Shown here piece after piece: positions 51,409 to 59,333 of a stretch of DNA of 59,333 bases (within the stretch, counting starts at the first letter, position 1; every line of letters begins with the position of its first letter). Under the pieces are notes generated by a model. That model saw nothing but the letters and a program-made list of their open reading frames with translations, searched no databases and was not told the DNA's origin. Made by a program: the position numbers and the translations under genes. Source of the stretch: Octopus bimaculoides (Eukaryota); NCBI RefSeq assembly GCF_001194135.2, contig NC_069001.1:10109264-10168596 (forward strand). Direction: 5' to 3'.

Positions 51409-51447
<39 letters not shown>

Positions 51448-52944
51448 ATATATATATATATATATATACACAAACAAACGTGTATTAAAACACACACATA
51501 CATACATATACATATGATAGACGCACACATATACATATATTTCTCTTTTTTGTAATCTAACATAAGCTTTCGATAAACTTTAATACGATGCGTACTTTTG
51601 AAGGGCGAGTACATTATCAAAACTTGTAACAATCACTATACAGAGGATATGAAATGCAGAGCACAGTATCTGAAACACTGGAAGTTATTTAAGCTTTAGA
51701 GCTTCCAGAAAACTCTCACCGGTGTTCCATTTTCTGATATTCAATACTGTAAAGTGATATTGGTTTCCAACATTTTCTTAATATTCTCGTTCGATGCCAC
51801 AGTTGCATTTTCAGTATTAAACATGAACGAAATTCCTATATGCTAATTGGCTTACATTGCAATTCATTTTATTACATTTTTAAAACCACTGATGATCTCT
51901 ATTAGGGCTATTAAGACAGGTTTCACTTCTGCAAAGTCGAGTAAATATAATCTACTTCAATGCCGTATAAATGGTAACTATTGCTAAACTATTGCTATAT
52001 CCATTAAACAAATTTGAGATCACTATATGTAGGGTTCCCTAGCTTACTAAAGAGATAAGCTGAATGTCATTCATATGACATATTCCATTACAACCATTTG
52101 CGCATTCTTCGAAATTTGAAATAAATGACATCTTGGGAATATATTGCGGTCGTATTTCAAAAGCCGCTTTTGCAACCATGATGTAAATGATTTAAATATA
52201 ATGAATATTTATACCCGCAATGTTAACCAATACACAATATGGTGCTCGTTGGCGAAACAAGAAACTTGTCTAGGTCAGGAATATGGCTATCGCTTTCAAG
52301 CCAATTGCTACTCAGCAACGTAAGTCATGTTTATTCTTATTTTCCTGAAAGCTATACAAACGTATATCTATAGAATTATATGGTATAATACAATACAATG
52401 TAATATAATATAATATAATATGATATATTGTAATATATATATATGCAAAGAAAGAGGAAGAGAGATACATAGATAGTTAGAGAGAAAGATAGATACATAC
52501 ATACACACATAATACGTATATGTATATATGTGCGTATATATACCTAAATATATATATATGTATATATTTGTATACCTAAACATATATATGTATATATTTA
52601 CATAAATATATGTCTGTGTGTGCGAGAGAGAGAGAGAGAGTGTGTGTGTGTGTGTGCCTGTGCGTGAGTGTGTGTGTGTGTGTGTATGTGTGTGTGTGTG
52701 TGTATGTGTCAGTACAAAATGAATTACGTGGGTGTGATTGTATGTTCATGTGTATATAGGTACGCATGGATGAACGGAGTGATGGGTGGATGGATATATA
52801 TGTATGTAAATTCCTACATATCATTTTCAGAAATCCCAGGTATTTAACTGTTATGTTGCTCCAAACGCAATAATGCATTTACCACTCCACTTACACTAAC
52901 ATATATATACTTACACTACTTATATATAATTCAAACATAGGCAC

Positions 52945-53105
52945 AGGCGTGGCTGTGTGGTAAGAAGGTCACTTCCCAACCTCATGACTCCGGGTTCAGT
53001 CCCACTGCGTGGCACATTCGGCGGGTGTTTTCCACTAGAGCCTCGGGCGGACCTGAGCTTTGTAAGTGAACTTTGAAGAAGGAAACTGAAAGAAGCCCAT
53101 TGTAT
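52945..53105 (+). mobile_element. SINE family A 5' half
   Basis: CAGGCGTGGCTGTGTGGTAAGAAG...CCGGGTTCAGTCCCACTGCGTGGCAC...GAAACTGAAAGAAGCCC. Confidence 0.85.
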
Positions 53106-54599
53106 ATATATATATATAGAGAGAGAGATGGAGAGAGAGAGATAAACACATATTCCACCCCTCACATGTAATACATACACACAAATATGTATACATATGT
53201 ATATTTGTGTATATATATATGAATATATATATACACTTAGGCACAGATACATGGATATGCACACACACACACATATATATATATACATATATGGATATAT
53301 ATATATATATANNNNNNNNNNNNNNNNNNNNNNNNNNNNNNNNNNNNNNNNNNNNNNNNNNNNNNNNNNNNNNNNNNNNNNNNNNNNNNNNNNNNNNNNN
53401 NNNNNNNNNNNNNNNNNNNNNNNNNNNNNNNNNNNNNNNNNNNNNNNNNNNNNNNNNNNNNNNNNNNNNNNNNNNNNNNNNNNNNNNNNNNNNNNNNNNN
53501 NNNNNNNNNNNNNNNNNNNNNNNNNNNNNNNNNNNNNNNNNNNNNNNNNNNNNNNNNNNNNNNNNNNNNNNNNNNNNNNNNNNNNNNNNNNNNNNNNNNN
53601 NNNNNNNNNNNNNNNNNNNNNNNNNNNNNNNNNNNNNNNNNNNNNNNNNNNNNNNNNNNNNNNNNNNNNNNNNNNNNNNNNNNNNNNNNNNNNNNNNNNN
53701 NNNNNNNNNNNNNNNNNNNNNNNNNNNNNNNNNNNNNNNNNNNNNNNNNNNNNNNNNNNNNNNNNNNNNNNNNNNNNNNNNNNNNNNNNNNNNNNNNNNN
53801 NNNNNNNNNNNNNNNNNNNNNNNNNNNNNNNNNNNNNNNNNNNNNNNNNNNNNNNNNNNNNNNNNNNNNNNNNNNNNNNNNNNNNNNNNNNNNNNNNNNN
53901 NNNNNNNNNNNNNNNNNNNNNNNNNNNNNNNNNNNNNNNNNNNNNNNNNNNNNNNNNNNNNNNNNNNNNNNNNNNNNNNNNNNNNNNNNNNNNNNNNNNN
54001 NNNNNNNNNNNNNNNNNNNNNNNNNNNNNNNNNNNNNNNNNNNNNNNNNNNNNNNNNNNNNNNNNNNNNNNNNNNNNNNNNNNNNNNNNNNNNNNNNNNN
54101 NNNNNNNNNNNNNNNNNNNNNNNNNNNNNNNNNNNNNNNNNNATATATATATATATATATAAGCATATATATATATATATATATAAGCATATATATATAT
54201 ATATATATATAAGTGTGTATGTGTGTGTATACTATATACAATGACATATATATACATACATATTTACATGAGTAATAAATAGCATGTTAAAAATAATTCT
54301 GTCTTAATTTTCAATCTATTTACATATTTCTTTTATATTTATTTTAATATTGTTTATATTTATTTGTTACTTCGAAAGATGTTTCTATTTGTTTATAGTT
54401 ATTTTTCCTGCAGTTTTCAGGTTCTCGTAAAAATGTTTTAATATAAATGCATGCTTTAGTTATTTTTTTTTTCCTTTTTACACTTTTCTTTTCTTCTTTT
54501 TGTTAATTTTTGTTGTTTTGTTTTTAGTATGCAATATCCTGTGCGATTAAGATTTCCTGCTCTTCTTTTCTCCCTTCTTGTCGTTCCTTTCTTTGTCTC

Positions 54600-54907
54600 C
54601 TTTTTACTACTACTGCTACTACTACTACTATCACCACTACCACCACCACTACTACTACTACCACTACCACCACCACCAACAACAACACCACTACTACTAC
54701 TACTACTGCAACCTTCTCATCGCCGTCATACTCATTTCTTCTATTTCATTGTCCTCTTCCTTTCTTTCTTATCATTTTCGTTTTCTTCATTGTTCTTCAG
54801 CTAATTATCATCATCATCAGCACCATCCTCATTATCACTATCCGCCTCCCCCTCCTCCTCCTCATTATTAGTATTATTATCATTATTATTATTATTATTA
54901 TTATTAT
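54600..54907. repeat. (TAC)/(CAC)/(CAT)/(TAT) compound trinucleotide repeats
   Basis: Read directly from the sequence. Confidence 0.9.
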
Positions 54908-56593
54908 NNNNNNNNNNNNNNNNNNNNNNNNNNNNNNNNNNNNNNNNNNNNNNNNNNNNNNNNNNNNNNNNNNNNNNNNNNNNNNNNNNNNNNNNNNNNN
55001 NNNNNNNNNNNNNNNNNNNNNNNNNNNNNNNNNNNNNNNNNNNNNNNNNNNNNNNNNNNNNNNNNNNNNNNNNNNNNNNNNNNNNNNNNNNNNNNNNNNN
55101 NNNNNNNNNNNNNNNNNNNNNNNNNNNNNNNNNNNNNNNNNNNNNNNNNNNNNNNNNNNNNNNNNNNNNNNNNNNNNNNNNNNNNNNNNNNNNNNNNNNN
55201 NNNNNNNNNNNNNNNNNNNNNNNNNNNNNNNNNNNNNNNNNNNNNNNNNNNNNNNNNNNNNNNNNNNNNNNNNNNNNNNNNNNNNNNNNNNNNNNNNNNN
55301 NNNNNNNNNNNNNNNNNNNNNNNNNNNNNNNNNNNNNNNNNNNNNNNNNNNNNNNNNNNNNNNNNNNNNNNNNNNNNNNNNNNNNNNNNNNNNNNNNNNN
55401 NNNNNNNNNNNNNNNNNNNNNNNNNNNNNNNNNNNNNNNNNNNNNNNNNNNNNNNNNNNNNNNNNNNNNNNNNNNNNNNNNNNNNNNNNNNNNNNNNNNN
55501 NNNNNNNNNNNNNNNNNNNNNNNNNNNNNNNNNNNNNNNNNNNNNNNNNNNNNNNNNNNNNNNNNNNNNNNNNNNNNNNNNNNNNNNNNNNNNNNNNNNN
55601 NNNNNNNNNNNNNNNNNNNNNNNNNNNNNNNNNNNNNNNNNNNNNNNNNNNNNNNNNNNNNNNNNNNNNNNNNNNNNNNNNNNNNNNNNNNNNNNNNNNN
55701 NNNNNNNNNNNNNNNNNNNNNNNNNNNNNNNNNNNNNNNNNNNNNNNNNNNNNNNNNNNNNNNNNNNNNNNNNNNNNNNNNNNNNNNNNNNNNNNNNNNN
55801 NNNNNNNNNNNNNNNNNNNNNNNNNNNNNNNNNATATATATATATATATATATACACGCGCACACACACACTCAAAGTGATACATGTGTATCTGTGCACA
55901 TCTATGTGTGTATATATGTATTTAATGTATACATCTGTATATACAGGCATACATGCGCATATAAATGATTGCATATGTTTGCATGCATTTGTGTCTACAA
56001 ATATAAGTGTTTGTTTTTATATAGCATTCGATTTTGTTTCTTTCTCTGATTATCATTTATAAAATTTTTTTATACTCATTTTCAAACCGTATATTACATT
56101 TGTCATTTTCGTTCTTCATAATTAACTTTATTTATCATCTCCAACTAAAGACTTCATTCAAATATGTAAATATATATTTAAGAGATTTCACTAGCTTTAA
56201 TTTGAAGGTTTTACTTGAAATTATTTTCTATTGGATTTTAGCATTATGTATGGGTGCCCGTGTGCGTGTGGTATGGGGCAAAAATTAAGTGTATTTGATT
56301 GTGCAGTTTACGTGTGGCTGTCACAGAGTTTCACTTACTGTGAATCTATTCATACACACTCACAGAAATGAATAGGGACACACATAACGAAACACTCAGG
56401 CACGTTTATACCAACACAAACGTGTTTTGCACACACACGCACACACACACGTACACACACGCGCACACACGCACACATACACACACACACACAAACACAC
56501 ACGTACATACACACACATATATATACATATATATATCTGGGTGTATATACATATATATATACATGCACGCTTTCGTGCGCATGTGCATATGTT

Positions 56594-56625
<32 letters not shown>

Positions 56626-57858
56626 CGTATATATGTACATATGCGTATTTATATATATGTGCGTGTGTGTATACGTAAATATCCATGTTTATATCTATAT
56701 ATATATATATATACGTACATTTGTATATACACACACAANNNNNNNNNNNNNNNNNNNNNNNNNNNNNNNNNNNNNNNNNNNNNNNNNNNNNNNNNNNNNN
56801 NNNNNNNNNNNNNNNNNNNNNNNNNNNNNNNNNNNNNNNNNNNNNNNNNNNNNNNNNNNNNNNNNNNNNNNNNNNNNNNNNNNNNNNNNNNNNNNNNNNN
56901 NNNNNNNNNNNNNNNNNNNNNNNNNNNNNNNNNNNNNNNNNNNNNNNNNNNNNNNNNNNNNNNNNNNNNNNNNNNNNTATATATATATATATATATAGGG
57001 AGAGAGAAGGAGGAAGATGTGGGGAGAGAGTGCGGGACAGCGAGACGTAGGGAAAGACAGTGTAGTAATAACGAAAGACAAAGCGACAGAGATGGACCGA
57101 GACAGACAGAGATAATGCGCCTATGATATATGCATGTGTTTCTATGTTTTCTTCCGCAATGTACTTTCCTTTTAATCTTATCAACTTCTACCAGACTGAT
57201 TTTTTGTGATAGAAAAAGAAAATAAATATAATATTATGCTGCTCATATCTTACGGGATGATTTGCAAGTCATTGTTGTGGTAGCAATCATTGGCAATCAG
57301 AAATCCAATTTAATTCATTGTGAATTAATTCATAATATTGCCGTTCGTGTTTTTCTTCTTTATTCCAAAACCATTTCTGTAGATGTTTGTAGATTCTAAA
57401 GCATTTAAATCACCACTAACTTTGCCATAAACAAGGGAGAAAATGTTATAAATAAAATATATTTTTCAATTAAATCCAGCGTTGAAAGTCATTAAAAATA
57501 TTTGTAACACTCGTAGGTCTTTCAGGTTAGAGACAATCTTTTCAATTTAAAAAAGGATTTGAATTTACGAGATGATGGAGTGTGGATTTACGTAGGGGAA
57601 ATCAACATTCCAGAAATGACAGCTGAATAACCCTCCATTCATACGTTATCGACTTGAAAAAAATAAAAAGGGAATATTTGATAATTTGCTTCTAAATGTT
57701 TCTTGAATGAATTCATAATTATACCTTGAATAATTTGGAAATAGATGATGTGGAATCATGTTGACTTGGGACAAAGCAATCGTAATGGCCGGTTAAGTTT
57801 CTGTGACATAAATTAGGCCCCCGTGTAGCCCGAATGAACTTAAATAGCTATATTACAT

Positions 57859-58060
57859 AAGGTGATGAGGTGATAGAAACGTTACCAGGTCGTGCAAAAT
57901 AAGTATCTCATTACATCCGCCTTTATGTTCTCGGTTCAAATTACGCCGAGGTCGACTTTGCCTTTCCTCATTTTGGGGTTGATAAAATAAATACTGAGTA
58001 TTGGGGGTGGATGTAATCGATATAACTCCTCAACAAAATTGCTAGTCTTGAGCCTAAACG
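57859..58060 (+). mobile_element. SINE family B
   Basis: TTCAAATTACGCCGAGGTCGACTTTGCCTTTC...GGGGTTGATAAAATAAATACTGAG...GATGTAATCGAT. Confidence 0.75.
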
Positions 58061-58064
58061 TGAT

Positions 58065-58330
58065 ATGAATAGATAAATAGATAGATAGGTAGGTAGGTAA
58101 ATATATAGATATTTATATATATACATATAGATATAGGTTGGTAGGTAAATAGAAAAGTAGATAGACAGATAGGTATGTAGATAGATAGGTAGACGAATAG
58201 ATATATAGACAGCCGGACTTATAGATAGATAGATAGATAGATAGATAGATCGACAGACAAACAGGCAGACAGATAGACAGACAGAAAGATAGATAGAGAG
58301 AGAGACATATAGACAAACAGACTTATAGAC

Positions 58331-58361
<31 letters not shown>

Positions 58362-58366
58362 TAGAT
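58065..58366. repeat. (GATA)n/(GACA)n tetranucleotide microsatellite
   Basis: Read directly from the sequence. Confidence 0.9.
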
Positions 58367-58454
58367 TTCGCTTACACGAACGTAAGAATACACGATAAAA
58401 AAGCAATTCCGTATTCCAGACTCAGGATCCTGACTGTATATTGTATTTTTGCAG

Positions 58455-58500
58455 CCTGCCTACGTGATTCGCCTCACCTCGCAGAGATCAGTATTACAAG
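58455..58500 (+). other. Candidate 46-nt internal exon of an unidentified host transcript
   Basis: Branch-like CCTGAC about 22-27 nt upstream, TTGTATTTTTGCAG acceptor, AAG|GTATGT donor, higher GC than the flanks, two open frames ([15 protein letters not shown] or [14 protein letters not shown]). Confidence 0.35.
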
Positions 58501-59208
58501 GTATGTCACGAACTTTTCTGGCATGTGGTGGATAAGTCAATGTGTTTGTTCAGAGGAGACTTGTCGGTGATCAAATTCATTTGCAGTTTTACCTGCATTA
58601 TGATACCTATATATGTCAATGGACAGATTGCTAATGGAAATAATTCATTAAATTATCTCGTGTAGACATATTCTCCCATATGGAGACGGTAGTTGAAATG
58701 AAACGGAGAGCATGTCGCTATAAAGGTGTGCATGAAGAGATGAGGGTAGAGTCAAGATCGTGGGCAGCAGAAACTCATATTTCGACGATACGACAGTAAG
58801 AAAGAAGAGTGAGAGAGAACAAACAAAAAGGGGATTAGATCAAGTATGGGAAGCTGTGTGATGGTTAAGCTATCTTCATATTGTTAATATTTTCATTTCA
58901 TATCGCCATCAAAGGTTGATTTCTCCTTCCACAATATTGCAGCAAATTCTTTGATCCGGACTCGGAATAATTGGTCTTCGAAATAGAATACAAAAAACAA
59001 GAACCTGAAAAAAATAATCCGAATAATTTTACTGATTGTGCACACTCGCATACACACAGAGACGCACATACACACTCACACAAAAAAAGACATACAGATA
59101 CATATATATGCACGCCTCCAAAACATCTACGTACATATATGTATATATTACCTATGCTTGTATGCGTACATTTTGATATATGTATATACAGATATATATA
59201 TATATATG

Positions 59209-59287
<79 letters not shown>

Positions 59288-59333
59288 ATATATATATACA
59301 TATGTATATATATATATACATATATATATGCAT

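Noticed and set aside
52270-52325. Candidate exon QEYGYRFQANCYSA with GTAAGT donor
   Set aside because: The acceptor is weak (purine-rich upstream), and the FN3-like resemblance is superficial
45654-58500. Spliced model 45654-45743 to 58455-58500 giving YDDMFVISNAI...[13 protein letters not shown], reminiscent of an iGluR/ANF-receptor N-terminal domain
   Set aside because: The frames are compatible, but the last third of the first exon and its GTATGT donor fall in what looks like a hAT MITE end. The resemblance is a few residues and could be chance.

Overview
AT-rich, microsatellite-saturated eukaryotic DNA from a gapped short-read assembly. The SINE families point to an octopod cephalopod, probably Octopus (inference from recalled repeat consensuses, not a search). 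No complete protein-coding gene, true tRNA, rRNA or CRISPR array is supportable, and nearly all ORF-track entries are translated microsatellites or N-runs. The window reads as intronic or intergenic DNA built from: (i) more than 25 copies or fragments of several tRNA-derived SINE families; (ii) dead DNA transposons, namely two different truncated mariners, a Helitron helicase 3' end with an intact CTAG terminus, hAT and Tc1-type ends, and small MITE-like hairpins; (iii) an RTE-like LINE fragment and weak Penelope-like relics; (iv) two weak + strand splice candidates. The most unusual structure is a 417-bp-arm near-perfect foldback at 49341-50372 with an A-B-A'-C-B' layout. A second copy of the same element at about 13.9 kb also starts with a small foldback. 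A 140-bp sequence is repeated with 100% identity 5.3 kb apart. Nothing here proves a new biological system; the foldback-prone element is the best lead.
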